From contig CAMXQV010000003.1 in assembly GCA_947245515.1 (NCBI GenBank), forward strand, positions 618-64,617: DNA of 64,000 nt, given 5' to 3'. Below the pieces are notes generated by a model that was given only the letters and a program-made list of their open reading frames with translations, was not told the DNA's origin and did not search any database. The stretch is from an uncultured Clostridium sp. (lineage in GTDB: Bacteria; Bacillota; Clostridia; TANB77; CAG-508). The translations under genes and the position numbers were made by a program. This document shows, piece by piece, positions 1 to 9,837 of this stretch (positions are counted from its first letter, which is position 1; each line of letters opens with the position of its first letter).

Positions 1-55
1 TGTACTACAATTCACAGCTAAGCTAGTATTTAGAAGAAATTGGAGATGATTTAAA

Positions 56-617
56 ATGAAATTAGTACAACCAATAAGAGATAAAAATAAAATAGAAGAA
101 ATGAAGGAACAACTAAAGAAAAATGGAACAAGAGATTTTATGCTGTTTTATACAGGAATTAATACAGGGCTTAGGATTTCAGATTTAGTAAAACTTAATA
201 GAGATGATGTGAGAAATAAAGATGGTAGCATGAAAACCCATATTACTATAATAGAAAAGAAAACTAAAAAGATTAAGAAGTTCCCAATAATGAATTTATT
301 ATTAGTAGAAATGGAAAAGTACACGAAAAATATGCAGGAAGGAAAATACTTATTTAAAAGCCAAAAAGGAAACAATAAACCTATTACTACAACACAGGCA
401 TACAGAATTATAGTATCAGCAGGAGAAAATATTGGTCTAACAGAAATAGGAACTCATACCATGAGGAAAACATTTCGGATATTGGCATTATCAACAATAT
501 CATGATGTTGCTATGTTGCAAAAGTTGTTTAATCATAGTAGCCCATCTACTACTTTAACCTACATAGGAATTGAACAAGATGAGATAGATAAAAGCTATG
601 CAGGTTTCTGTTTATAA
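56..617 (+). CDS. Small tyrosine recombinase (phage integrase family); needs a +1 shift at CGG 476-478
   Basis: RBS GGAG precedes ATG 56. Recombinase residues are present (GLRISD, HTMRKTF, NHSS, LTYIG). The 0 frame stops at 505. The +1 frame (GGA TAT TGG...) carries the catalytic C-terminus to TAA 615-617. Confidence 0.8.
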
Positions 618-997
618 CAAATTGAAATATAAAAAAACAGTTACTACTTATATAAGAAAGAATTAAAAGAAATGGTGGCATAATAAAAAATGCTTGACAT
701 ACTTGCAAACTTATAATATTAAAAAATATATTGTAATTATTAAGTTATTAATTTAAAATAAAATCCACTTTTTCACTTTTAATATAAATTTAATTTAGTG
801 AAAAAGTGGAGAAATTTTTAATAACTTATTTTTTTATTATATGCTTTATTGTAAGTGTAATTTCCTATATGTTAAATTTAGATGTTTCAACATATAACAA
901 AAAAGACTTATTAAAACTGTGTATATAAAATATTGTTTATAGATAAGAATTTCACTTTTCCACTTTTCAAATATGTTTAATGGAAGATTATTTATGA

Positions 998-2101
998 TTA
1001 TCTAGGTTTATAAGTATTACATAAAAACCAATCTTTATTATTATTAATCCATTCTTTAAATTCAGCTAATGTAATTTCATTAGTTTTACATCTATCTTTT
1101 TGATTTTTTAGTTCATTTTTATAGATATTCCAATTTTCTTCCATGTTTTTTCTCGAGTTTTTATATTCATTTTTCTTTTTATTTTGTAATTTATAGGTAC
1201 TTCTATATAAGTTTCCAATAGGGTCATCTTTTGTATTGGAATCAAAATGTTTAGTATTACAATATTTACTACAATATATTTGCCTATTATCGTTAGGTAT
1301 AAAAAATTTATTACAAGTATTACATGTTCTTATAATCATATTTCTTTTTTGGATTTGTAACATTGCAAAATATAGAAATGTTGTTAAATCATTTATGGAG
1401 TATATTTCTATAAAATAAGTTGTAGAATCCTTTTTTAAATTAGGTAAAATTTCATATTTAATATTAGTAATTGCCTTAAAAGAAGTTAATTCTAAAATAT
1501 TAACATTATTATTTACTAAACATTTAAAAAAAATTTTATTTAGCTCATGTTCATTAAAAATAAATTTTACTAATGCTTTAAATATAGTAGGAGTATCTGG
1601 ATATATATCATCATCTTCAAAATTATCCATATCAATATTCTTTATGTAATCAAAGTCAAATTTTTCAGATATTTCTTCAGCATTTATAAAAGAAGAAATA
1701 GTATTTAATTTTTTAGTAAATGTTTCTAATAATATAGTAGAAAATCCAGGAGTACCAGACATATCTAAATATTCAAATAATTTATTTAATATCAAAACAG
1801 CATATATATAATTAGTTTCACTTTGAATTTTTATAAATAAATCATCAAATAATTTATTTATTTTAGTAAAATAATGTGTAAAAAAATCATCTATTATATT
1901 ATTTATGAATGAAAAGTCCAAATTTAAGTATTCAATTAATATACTATTTATATTTCCTAACATAATACAATTCTGCTTTTTAGAGTTATCTTTTGAAGCA
2001 TATAAATAATTTCCAGTATCATCACAAAATGCTTCATATAAGTAATATATATCATTTTCTATATAAAGTTTTAATTCAGTTTTTTTAATTTCTTCTTCCA
2101 T
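998..2101 (-). CDS. Hypothetical protein with a C-terminal CxxC...CxxxC zinc-ribbon-like motif
   Basis: Long ORF with the motif CNTCNKFFIPNDNRQIYCSKYCN. No family recognised. Confidence 0.6.
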   Translation of the reverse strand: MEEEIKKTELKLYIENDIYYLYEAFCDDTGNYLYASKDNSKKQNCIMLGNINSILIEYLNLDFSFINNIIDDFFTHYFTKINKLFDDLFIKIQSETNYIYAVLILNKLFEYLDMSGTPGFSTILLETFTKKLNTISSFINAEEISEKFDFDYIKNIDMDNFEDDDIYPDTPTIFKALVKFIFNEHELNKIFFKCLVNNNVNILELTSFKAITNIKYEILPNLKKDSTTYFIEIYSINDLTTFLYFAMLQIQKRNMIIRTCNTCNKFFIPNDNRQIYCSKYCNTKHFDSNTKDDPIGNLYRSTYKLQNKKKNEYKNSRKNMEENWNIYKNELKNQKDRCKTNEITLAEFKEWINNNKDWFLCNTYKPR

Positions 2102-2436
2102 CTATTATCCTTCCTTAAAGTGGACAATTTAATTAATAGAATAATAGCAAGTTGCGACAGTCCACTTTAAATAGTTAAATTGTCTTTACAATATTAATAT
2201 TATATCCTATAATTGCAATTATCGTCAACACGAAATACTTAAAAAATACTTTGAAAATCAAATAAATTTGCATATATAAATTGTAGAGTATGTGCCGAAA
2301 GAATAAAAAAAGTAGAATATTTAGGCTTTAAAATTAATCTTACTACTTTTGCAGCTACCGAATACCCCAAGAATTTTACTTAATGAATAGGTACTACAAA
2401 TTTATATCTTGCAGATGTAGAAAGGGGGATATAAAA

Positions 2437-3801
2437 ATGACTTCAAGTGAAAATCCAGAAAAGACAGAAGCGGAACAAATACTAGGAGAAATCCTAGAAG
2501 AACAACAAAAGGAATTTGACAATGCTGATGGAGCTATGTTTTTAGATGATGAAACACCTCATTACGTTATAGGGGATTTAATCATTAAACACATGCACAT
2601 AATATTTTATCATGGAATTTTTTACATTTATGAAAATGGTGTATATATTCCAGGAGATAAAGTATTAGAGAAAAAAATAATAGACCTGAACAAAGCACTA
2701 AAAAAGAGTCAGAGAAAAGAGATTATGAATTACATCGCATTACAGACAGAAAAAGACCAACAAGATGTAAATACAAATCTTATAAACTTTAAGAATGGGT
2801 TATTTAATTTGACAACAAAAGAATTACTACCATATAACCCAAGTGCATTTACAGTAAATCAAATTCATGCTAACTATGATGAAAATGTTGCAGTAAATAA
2901 AGATATTGAGAAATTTCTCGATGATATTACTTGTAACAAGCCTGAAAGAAAACAAGCAATTTTAGAGATGACAGGATATTGTATGACTTCTAGTGTATGG
3001 ATAGGAAAATCAAGTGTGTTTTATGGACCATCTGCTGAAAATGGTAAATCAGTATTAATAAGGCTAATAACTAATTTAATAGGTCGTGAAAATACTGCTA
3101 ATATTGCATTACACAAACTACAAGAAAGATTTTACACAGCTAATATAGCAGATAAACTATTAAATACGGCATCTGAACTTCCAAAAACTGATTTAAAATC
3201 AGTAGATATGTTTAAAAATGTTGTTACAGGCGATGAAATAACAGGAGAACAAAAATACAAACCACCATTTTCATTTAGACCTTATGCAAAACATATTTTT
3301 GCAACTAACTCATTGCCAGTAGTTTTAGACAACAATGATGGTTATTACAGACGCTTAAATATTCTTTTATTTGAAAGAAAATTTACAGTAGAAGAACAAA
3401 ATCATTTTATGGAAGAAAAACTATTCACACAAGAAGCGTTAGATTACTTTGCATATATCAGTTTACAAGCATATTTGAAATTGATAGAGGAAGGCAGGAG
3501 AGATTTTGCTAACTATGAAGAAAGTAATCAACTTATAGCTTCATATAAAGCTGATAACAATTCAACCTTATCATTTTTGGCTAGTGATGTATCTGAAAAA
3601 ATGTTTGAAAATGATAAAAGAATTAAAAAAACAGAATTGTATCAGATTTATAAAAACTGGTGTGAAGACAACAATTATATAGCTGATAAATCTAAAAACT
3701 TTCATAAAAAAGTAGCTGAATCTAAAACTTTAATTCTTAAATTTTATGATGGATATGAGTGTTATCAGAAAAGACCAATATTAACCACAGAAAATAATTA
3801 A
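2437..3801 (+). CDS. P4-family primase/helicase (D5_N plus NTPase)
   Basis: RBS AAGGGGG precedes ATG 2437. Walker A is GPSAENGKS, and the layout downstream of the NTPase (VTGDEITGEQKYKPP, FATNSLP) is typical of P4/D5-type primase-helicases. Confidence 0.8.
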   Translation: MTSSENPEKTEAEQILGEILEEQQKEFDNADGAMFLDDETPHYVIGDLIIKHMHIIFYHGIFYIYENGVYIPGDKVLEKKIIDLNKALKKSQRKEIMNYIALQTEKDQQDVNTNLINFKNGLFNLTTKELLPYNPSAFTVNQIHANYDENVAVNKDIEKFLDDITCNKPERKQAILEMTGYCMTSSVWIGKSSVFYGPSAENGKSVLIRLITNLIGRENTANIALHKLQERFYTANIADKLLNTASELPKTDLKSVDMFKNVVTGDEITGEQKYKPPFSFRPYAKHIFATNSLPVVLDNNDGYYRRLNILLFERKFTVEEQNHFMEEKLFTQEALDYFAYISLQAYLKLIEEGRRDFANYEESNQLIASYKADNNSTLSFLASDVSEKMFENDKRIKKTELYQIYKNWCEDNNYIADKSKNFHKKVAESKTLILKFYDGYECYQKRPILTTENN

Positions 3802-3805
3802 ATAA

Positions 3806-3834
3806 GTTAAGCTGTTCTAAAAAAACAGCTTAAC
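3806..3834 (+). terminator. Perfect 11-bp hairpin after the primase/helicase gene
   Basis: GTTAAGCTGTT-ctaaaaa-AACAGCTTAAC. No clear T-tract follows. Confidence 0.4.
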
Positions 3835-3862
3835 AACATCATTATTTTAAGGAGTGATATGT

Positions 3863-4258
3863 ATGAGAAAAATACCATCTTTAAAAGATATGGGAGATGT
3901 CGAAGAATATGGATATATGCTTAAAATAATTGAAAAATTAAAGTATAGTTCTAAAACATACACAGAACAAGAAATTACAAAAATATTAAATCCATATCAT
4001 CAACAAAATCTAACTAAACTTGTTGATGTAGCAAAAAGAAACAAACAAATTTCTGTAACAGAAATTGCAGAAACTTTATACAGATGGGGGTATATTAGAG
4101 TTTATAACAATATATGTTATTCTCGAAAACCATATACATACAACTACATTATGCCAATTTTAAAAAATGGAAGGTTAGTAGATTTTGATGAGGAATTGGT
4201 ACTTGAACGAAAAATTGAAGATAAGTTGCAAGAATATTGTAATCAACAATTAAGTTAA
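3863..4258 (+). CDS. Hypothetical protein, tandem paralog A
   Basis: RBS AAGGAG lies 8 nt before ATG 3863. It shares the LNP..Q..L.., GY.. and (E/D)KLQE(Y/W)C..(Q/K)L pattern with 4313-4744. Confidence 0.65.
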   Translation: MRKIPSLKDMGDVEEYGYMLKIIEKLKYSSKTYTEQEITKILNPYHQQNLTKLVDVAKRNKQISVTEIAETLYRWGYIRVYNNICYSRKPYTYNYIMPILKNGRLVDFDEELVLERKIEDKLQEYCNQQLS

Positions 4259-4312
4259 AAATAAAAGAATGGCAAAGTAATTAGTAATGCCAAAGAAAGA
4301 GAGGAAATAACG

Positions 4313-4744
4313 ATGACAGATTATGAGATACAAGAGCTAGAAAGAGAAAATATTTTTGAAAACAGAATGTATGAACAAAATTATGAAATAGAAAAAAGAA
4401 TATGGTTTGTAGCCGAATTCCACGAGCATTATAGTAAGAAACTGATTAAATTGTTAAATCCAGATAATCAAGACAAGATGACTTTATTATCAGATATAGT
4501 AATGAGAAATCCAAATGTATCGTATGAACAATTTTTGAATAAACTAAAAGATTTAGGATATGTAGAATTTATAAAGGATAATGAAGATAAAAGACCAATT
4601 CTTATGGCAGAAGGAGTAGATTTCTATATAGAACCACATAGAGTTGGAAAAAGTGATTATAATGGCATGGACACTTATTTAGTAGTTTCAAAGGAAGTTG
4701 AAAAGGAACTACAAGAATGGTGTGATAAAAAATTAAATAAATAA
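4313..4744 (+). CDS. Hypothetical protein, tandem paralog B
   Basis: RBS GAGAGGA. Collinear similarity to 3863-4258 (LLNPDNQDKMTLLSDIVMRN.., EKELQEWCDKKL). Confidence 0.65.
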   Translation: MTDYEIQELERENIFENRMYEQNYEIEKRIWFVAEFHEHYSKKLIKLLNPDNQDKMTLLSDIVMRNPNVSYEQFLNKLKDLGYVEFIKDNEDKRPILMAEGVDFYIEPHRVGKSDYNGMDTYLVVSKEVEKELQEWCDKKLNK

Positions 4745-4812
4745 TCAATTATGCCTTGTTTTTATTAAAAGGCAAGGCATAGAAATAAATTAATTTTAAA
4801 GGAGTGTTAAAG

Positions 4813-5034
4813 ATGGAACAACAAAAAAGTAAATATTATATAAATAAAAATTTACTTTCAGTAGATATATACGAAGTAGAATGTGCTACATCTGAAAATA
4901 AATCATATATAAATTTAACAGATGAGGAACTAAAGAAGAAAGCAGAAGAATTAAGACAAGAAGGAAATGAAGTAAACATCTATAAGTTTATAACATTTAG
5001 AAAAAAATTAAAATATGAAAAAGTAAAAATTTAG
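4813..5034 (+). CDS. Hypothetical small protein
   Basis: RBS AAGGAG precedes ATG 4813. Confidence 0.5.
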   Translation: MEQQKSKYYINKNLLSVDIYEVECATSENKSYINLTDEELKKKAEELRQEGNEVNIYKFITFRKKLKYEKVKI

Positions 5035-5046
5035 GAGGAGATTAAG

Positions 5047-5568
5047 ATGAACATGATAGAAAAGAATGAAATAAAAGAAATAATATTTAAGGGAATTGAT
5101 GAAGAAAACCTTATTTGTGATTTTGAATTAGAAGAAGCACAAATGGTTAGAAGGTTAGTTGAAGAAAAAGGTCAGACAAAAATAAAAAAGAAAAAGAGGC
5201 ATCCAGTTGCTGAAAATGCAAGAATAAAATTAGATACAACTAATAAAGAACTATTAGAAAAAACAAAATTATTAGTTAATGGAGATGTAGTTTATATAAA
5301 GGTAATTATGCCTAAAGGTACAGACTTTTATAATACAGATGACTGTCTAATAACAGATATTCTTGATGATATAGATTTATTAGAAATTAGAAATCAAAAT
5401 TGTCTAATAACAAGAAATGTACCAAAGAAAGAGGATAAAATTCAACCTAGAAGAAGCACTACTAAAAAGGTATCAAAAAAAGATAAAAGAATAGCAGAAT
5501 TAGAAGAAGAAAATACAGAACTAAGATCACAGATACAAATTCTTCAAAAGCAGTTACAGAATATTTAA
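5047..5568 (+). CDS. Hypothetical protein with a C-terminal coiled-coil
   Basis: RBS GGAGGAG precedes ATG 5047. The tail is a heptad-like IAELEEENTELRSQIQILQKQL. Confidence 0.55.
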   Translation: MNMIEKNEIKEIIFKGIDEENLICDFELEEAQMVRRLVEEKGQTKIKKKKRHPVAENARIKLDTTNKELLEKTKLLVNGDVVYIKVIMPKGTDFYNTDDCLITDILDDIDLLEIRNQNCLITRNVPKKEDKIQPRRSTTKKVSKKDKRIAELEEENTELRSQIQILQKQLQNI

Positions 5569-5765
5569 TACTAATAATATTTCAAAGGAAGTGAACAAGC
5601 TATGCAAAGATACTATTTTGAAAGTGGAGATTATTAACAAATAATTTTTAACTAAATTTACATTACAAAATTTTAATCCTCACCTGTGATGTATAGTCTG
5701 CCGAAGGCTATATTGAGGTTAAAGGATTTCCACTCACAAATTTTAATTTTGTGAGGTAGATAATA

Positions 5766-5963
5766 ATGAATAGTGAAAAAACAGAACCTATCTTAATAGG
5801 CATAAAAGAAGCAGTAGAATATACTGGAATTGGAAGGAACACATTACTAGAGATGGTAAAAATCAAAGGCTTCCCCTGTATTTCAACAGGTGGGAAATAT
5901 TATTTGATTCGTAATGAGTTAGAACAATATTTCTCAAAAAATAGAGGAATTTATACAAAATAA
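5766..5963 (+). CDS. xis: Excisionase-family HTH DNA-binding protein
   Basis: 65 aa with IKEAVEYTGIGRNTLLEMVKIKGFPCI, immediately upstream of an integrase. Confidence 0.75.
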   Translation: MNSEKTEPILIGIKEAVEYTGIGRNTLLEMVKIKGFPCISTGGKYYLIRNELEQYFSKNRGIYTK

Positions 5964-6045
5964 ATTCTAGGAGTTGATTTAAAAAATTCAAAGTGTTAAG
6001 CTGTGTAGCTGAATAATCTGTATGCACAGCATTAGCACCTAGATT

Positions 6046-7567
6046 ATGAAGGGAGTTTTTGATGTGAAAAAAATAAAAGAAAGAACAGGGATATATGAAA
6101 TATCAATAAAAGAAAGAGATGATGGTTATGTTGCCAGAATGTCTTTTAAATTAGGAAATGAAAGAAATCCAAGAGTAGAAGGATTTGGAGTATCAGTAGA
6201 ATTAGCAGTACAAAATTTATTATATAAGTTAGAGGAAAAATTAGAAGATAGCTTACAAAAAGGGTTAATTACTAATAGAATTAATAAAATAGTATCACAA
6301 AAACTAATCAAAAGTATAAATGATTTAGAAGTTACAATGCCTGAAATAATGCAATGTGTATCTAATCTTATAAATAAAATCAATATTGTAAATTCAAAAA
6401 TAACAGATGTACTTACTTTACAAAATGGAGTTATACCATATTGTAATCAGACTGAAAATATACCTAATTTAGTTTTAAATATACCTATATCAAATAATAC
6501 AGATACAAATTCTAATAGAATTGAAGAAAAAATACTTTTTGAAGCATTTGCAAAAGAGTGGTTTAAATTTAAGTTATCATTGTGTAAGGAAACACCTGAT
6601 AATCCTAGCCCTCTTTCACAAAAGACTATTGATGGATACCATAGACCATTATTCAAAAAAATAATTCCATATATGGAAAAGAATAAAATTGTGTATTTAC
6701 AACAAATCACTAAAGAATTAATTGAAGATTTATTAAAACAGTTAAATGGATATGATAATAAAAGAATAGTGTATATAGTTTTTTCAATGTTATATCAATA
6801 TGCTATTAACAATAAAGACTACAAAGGAGAAAATACTATACTAAAAGTACCTAAGCCTAAAAAGCCACCTAAAAAAGGTAAGAAGAAAAAAGTAATAGTA
6901 AAAAGAGCAAATGAAGAAAAATGGTTAGATTTATTAGAAGAAGAATATTATATAGAAAAAAGGGACTGTTTTTTAATACTATGTGGTCTACTATTAGAAG
7001 GGACAAGACCAGAGGAGATGACATCAATTTCTTGGGAAGATATAGACTTTAATGCTGATACAATAAGATTAAAGGAAGCATATAAAAGTTTTTCTGTATA
7101 TGATGATGATTGTAACATAATTGGAACTGAACAAAGGTTAGATAAACTTAAAACTGATAGTAGTTATAGGACAATAACTCTACACCCAAGATTTAAAAAA
7201 ATGTTATTAAAGCACAAAGAAGAACAGAAAGAAAGGTTTAAAAACTCTATAAGAATGAAAAGGAAAAAGAAATACTGGAGTGAAAAGGAATTTGTTTTCT
7301 TATCAAGAACATATACACCATATTTATCTACTTCATTAGCAAAGCCTTTAAGACAGTTTAGAAAAAAACATAATTTACGGAAATGTAGTTCCATACGCAT
7401 TAAGAACATCATTTGCAACTAATAATGCCGAAAGAGGTGTATCTCGTTTAGCATTAAAGACAGCTCTTGGGCATTCCTCTTACTCTACCACCGACAAAAG
7501 TTACCTTATGCCAGATGAGGAATATTTAAAAGAAGAATTTAATAATAAAGTATATGCAAATGCTTAA
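6046..7567 (+). CDS. int: Large tyrosine integrase (Tn916/ICE-type, long N-terminal domain); needs a +1 shift at CGG 7378-7380
   Basis: PSPLSQKTIDGY, LLEGTRPEE and LKTDSSYR are present. After TTA CGG the +1 frame reads GNVVPYALRTSFATNNAERG..LGHSS..KSY up to TAA 7565-7567, restoring the catalytic R/H/Y residues. Confidence 0.85.
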
Positions 7568-7575
7568 ACAATAAA

Positions 7576-7606
7576 AATGTCTGTAAACAATACAGGCATT
7601 TTTATT
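7576..7606 (+). terminator. Rho-independent terminator after int
   Basis: 10-bp stem AATGTCTGTA/TACAGGCATT (one G-U pair), loop aacaa, followed by TTTATT. Confidence 0.7.
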
Positions 7607-7707
7607 ATTAATATTACTTCCCAATTCTCCCCAATTTGTGTGATTATTTTAAATTATTTTAAACTATTTTAAATCGTTTTAAATTTTGAATATTTTAACT
7701 GAAAGTA

Positions 7708-7737
7708 TTGACAGTACTGCAAAAACTGTGATATTAT
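7708..7737 (+). promoter_or_regulatory. Sigma-A-like promoter pointing into the tRNA-half core
   Basis: TTGACA, ~18 nt, TATTAT. A homologous promoter sits at the same distance from the second core (58601-58629). Confidence 0.45.
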
Positions 7738-7777
7738 AAGGAAAATTAAATATGAGATAAAGAAGTAGAAAATTGCA

Positions 7778-7822
7778 CTCTTAATCTGGAGGTTCGGAGT
7801 TCGATTCTCCGGTGATGCACCA
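7778..7822 (+). other. att core: 3' half of a tRNA-Lys(CUU)-like gene (anticodon loop to CCA) with no 5' half
   Basis: CTCTTAA loop, TCTGG, variable AGGTT, T-arm CGGAG-TTCGATT-CTCCG, acceptor GTGATGC, A, CCA. The upstream sequence cannot form acceptor, D or anticodon stems. Confidence 0.75.
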
Positions 7823-7851
7823 AATAATACCTTAAACGGTATTATTTTTTT
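7822..7851 (+). terminator. Bidirectional terminator directly after CCA, overlapping the integrase stop
   Basis: 10-bp stem AAATAATACC/GGTATTATTT, loop ttaaac, then a T-run. Confidence 0.7.
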
Positions 7852-9520
7852 GTACCATTATGGATGAAGCAAGAGTTTGTATCCATATTTTCTGTAATTG
7901 TTCGAATTGTTTTATCATTATATTATTTGCATTCATTTCATTTGAATTTGATTCATTAATTGTACTTGTATTTACTACATTGTTATCTACTAAAGGTACT
8001 AATCCCCATGCTTTTTCATATTCTTGTTTCTTTCTTACATCAGAAACAAATATATAATATTTTTGTGTTGTACCAAAATCAGCATGTCCCATCAATTTCA
8101 TTAATACAATATCTCTCATTCCTTGTTCAGATAAAAATGTAGCAAAAGAATGTCTTAAGCCATAAGGTGTAAGATATTCTAATTTATAATTTTCTCTAAA
8201 AAGTCTCAAAGGTTTTGCTAAATTTTCAGGAACATAAGGCCTATGATATCTATTTAGAAATATAGGTGTAGTTTCGTGCCATTTTAATTTTAATTTTTTA
8301 AACAATTTTTTTTGATTTTCTTTATGTTTCAGTAAAATATCTCTATATCGAGGATGCACAGGCACTTTTCTATAACTTTCATCTGTTTTTAGCGAATCAT
8401 ATTCCCTAATATGTCCTATTATTTCAGCTTCATCATTATATACAGGAAAATCTTTAAAAGCATTATTTATAATAAAATAGTTAGAATCTTCCACTAAAGA
8501 AGACCAATCTAGTCCACAGGCTTCTTCAGGTCTAAAACCTTCTAAAAGCATTCCCTCAAATAAATATGCTACATCTGTTCCTTCTTTTTCAAAACAGTCT
8601 AACCAATAACTTTGTCTAGTTGATTCAATATAAACAAAATCGTGTCCTTCTATTTTTAATTTTGAATTTTTTTTAGGTTTAGGAGGTTTTTTTAATGACC
8701 TTAATGAGCTAATATAATTTTTGTCCCTAGCATAATCAATAATCATTTTTAAAACAATATAAACAGATTCTTTTTGTCTACCACCATTAGTTGTGTCAAT
8801 ACATTCTTGTAGTTTTTCATTACTAATTTCGTCAATATTATCAAATTCTTTAAAAAAGGGGATAATATTTAAGTTCATAGTTTTATTGTAGCCCTGTAAT
8901 GTTTTTTGACTTAATGGGTTAGGATTATCCTTTGTTTTTTTTGTAAAGCTATTTTTATAATGAAACCATTTTATAGCAACTTCTTTAAAAGATAATATTT
9001 CTGTCAATTCGTTTGACTGTTGTATTTGATTATTAGAATCAGAAACATAAATTTCAGTATTATTAATTTGATTATTACTTAAAACAGATTTTGTGATTTG
9101 GGGAGCAACTGGCGCGATTGTATGTGTGTTTAAATAGCCATATATACAAGCTACAATATTGTGAAAGTGTGCTAATATTGTACTTTTGTCAATTTCCAAA
9201 TCATTTATAGATGCTGAAATGTTGTCAAAAATATAAAATAGATTATTATTTCCAACACATTTCTGATCAATTCCTTCAATTAATCTTGTCTTGATTTTTT
9301 CTAATAATTTGGTTATGGCTTCTTCTCCTGATATTGAGGAACTTGCAGTTACTCTTGGATTAACACCTCCTTTAAAAATTGGTAAAGAAATTCTTGCATC
9401 GTGCCTATCGCTTCTATCAAATAAATTTATTCGATAAAAAGTAGAATTTTTATTACCATTTTTTGTGTATGTATCAGTTTTTTGCATAGTATTGTTTGTA
9501 TTATCAAGTATTTTTTCCAT
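7832..9520 (-). CDS. int: Large tyrosine integrase, intact, with no in-frame CGG
   Basis: 562 aa with NPNPLSQKTLQGY, LLEGFRPEE, LKTDESYR, YGLRHSFAT, LMGHADFGTTQKYY. Its 3' end abuts the att core. Confidence 0.9.
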   Translation of the reverse strand: MEKILDNTNNTMQKTDTYTKNGNKNSTFYRINLFDRSDRHDARISLPIFKGGVNPRVTASSSISGEEAITKLLEKIKTRLIEGIDQKCVGNNNLFYIFDNISASINDLEIDKSTILAHFHNIVACIYGYLNTHTIAPVAPQITKSVLSNNQINNTEIYVSDSNNQIQQSNELTEILSFKEVAIKWFHYKNSFTKKTKDNPNPLSQKTLQGYNKTMNLNIIPFFKEFDNIDEISNEKLQECIDTTNGGRQKESVYIVLKMIIDYARDKNYISSLRSLKKPPKPKKNSKLKIEGHDFVYIESTRQSYWLDCFEKEGTDVAYLFEGMLLEGFRPEEACGLDWSSLVEDSNYFIINNAFKDFPVYNDEAEIIGHIREYDSLKTDESYRKVPVHPRYRDILLKHKENQKKLFKKLKLKWHETTPIFLNRYHRPYVPENLAKPLRLFRENYKLEYLTPYGLRHSFATFLSEQGMRDIVLMKLMGHADFGTTQKYYIFVSDVRKKQEYEKAWGLVPLVDNNVVNTSTINESNSNEMNANNIMIKQFEQLQKIWIQTLASSIMVQKNNTV

Positions 9521-9638
9521 TCCATATCCTCCTTTAGAGGTTTAGAATATTGATAAATTTGATACAAAATATAAATTTATCAATATTATACAATAAATAA
9601 ATATTATTAAACAATGTTCAAAGGAAAAAAATTTTAGT

Positions 9639-9837
9639 CTAATAATTGCCGTATTTTCCGCAGTTTTCATTAAACCATGTAGGCAATAATTTTTTATTTA
9701 TAATAATTTTTCTTTTAAAGATTATTGCAGGAAATCCAGGTACATGAACAAGTTTTAACATTAAATTTCTTCCGTATTCCTAATAATTTACAAGCATCTT
9801 CAACACTAATTCCTAAACATTCATTTTCATTTTCCAT
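9639..9837 (-). CDS. xis: Excisionase (Tn916 Xis-like); needs a +1 shift at CGG (plus-strand CCG 9772-9774)
   Basis: The restored protein reads MENENECLGISVEDACKLLGI|GRNLMLKLVHVPGFPAIIFKRKIIINKKLLPTWFNENCGKYGNY. The 0 frame ends at 9715. Confidence 0.75.

Larger units (their letters stand above)
1..7777. mobile_element. IME-like integrative module, left end cut by the window: small recombinase, P4-type primase/helicase, Xis, large integrase and an AT-rich arm abutting the tRNA-half core
   Basis: Gene content (56-617, 2437-3801, 5766-5963, 6046-7567). The arm at 7640-7777 has ~10-bp-phased ATTTTAAA-like repeats and is homologous to the arm left of the second core (58590-58669). Confidence 0.5.

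Noticed and set aside
7741-7822. Complete tRNA genes at 7741-7822 and 58636-58714
   Set aside because: Only the 3' 45 nt fold as tRNA. No sequence upstream can pair with the acceptor 3' strands (GTGATGC or ATGGCTC) or form D and anticodon 5' stems. The anticodon would be CUU (Lys), which is unrelated to CGG decoding.
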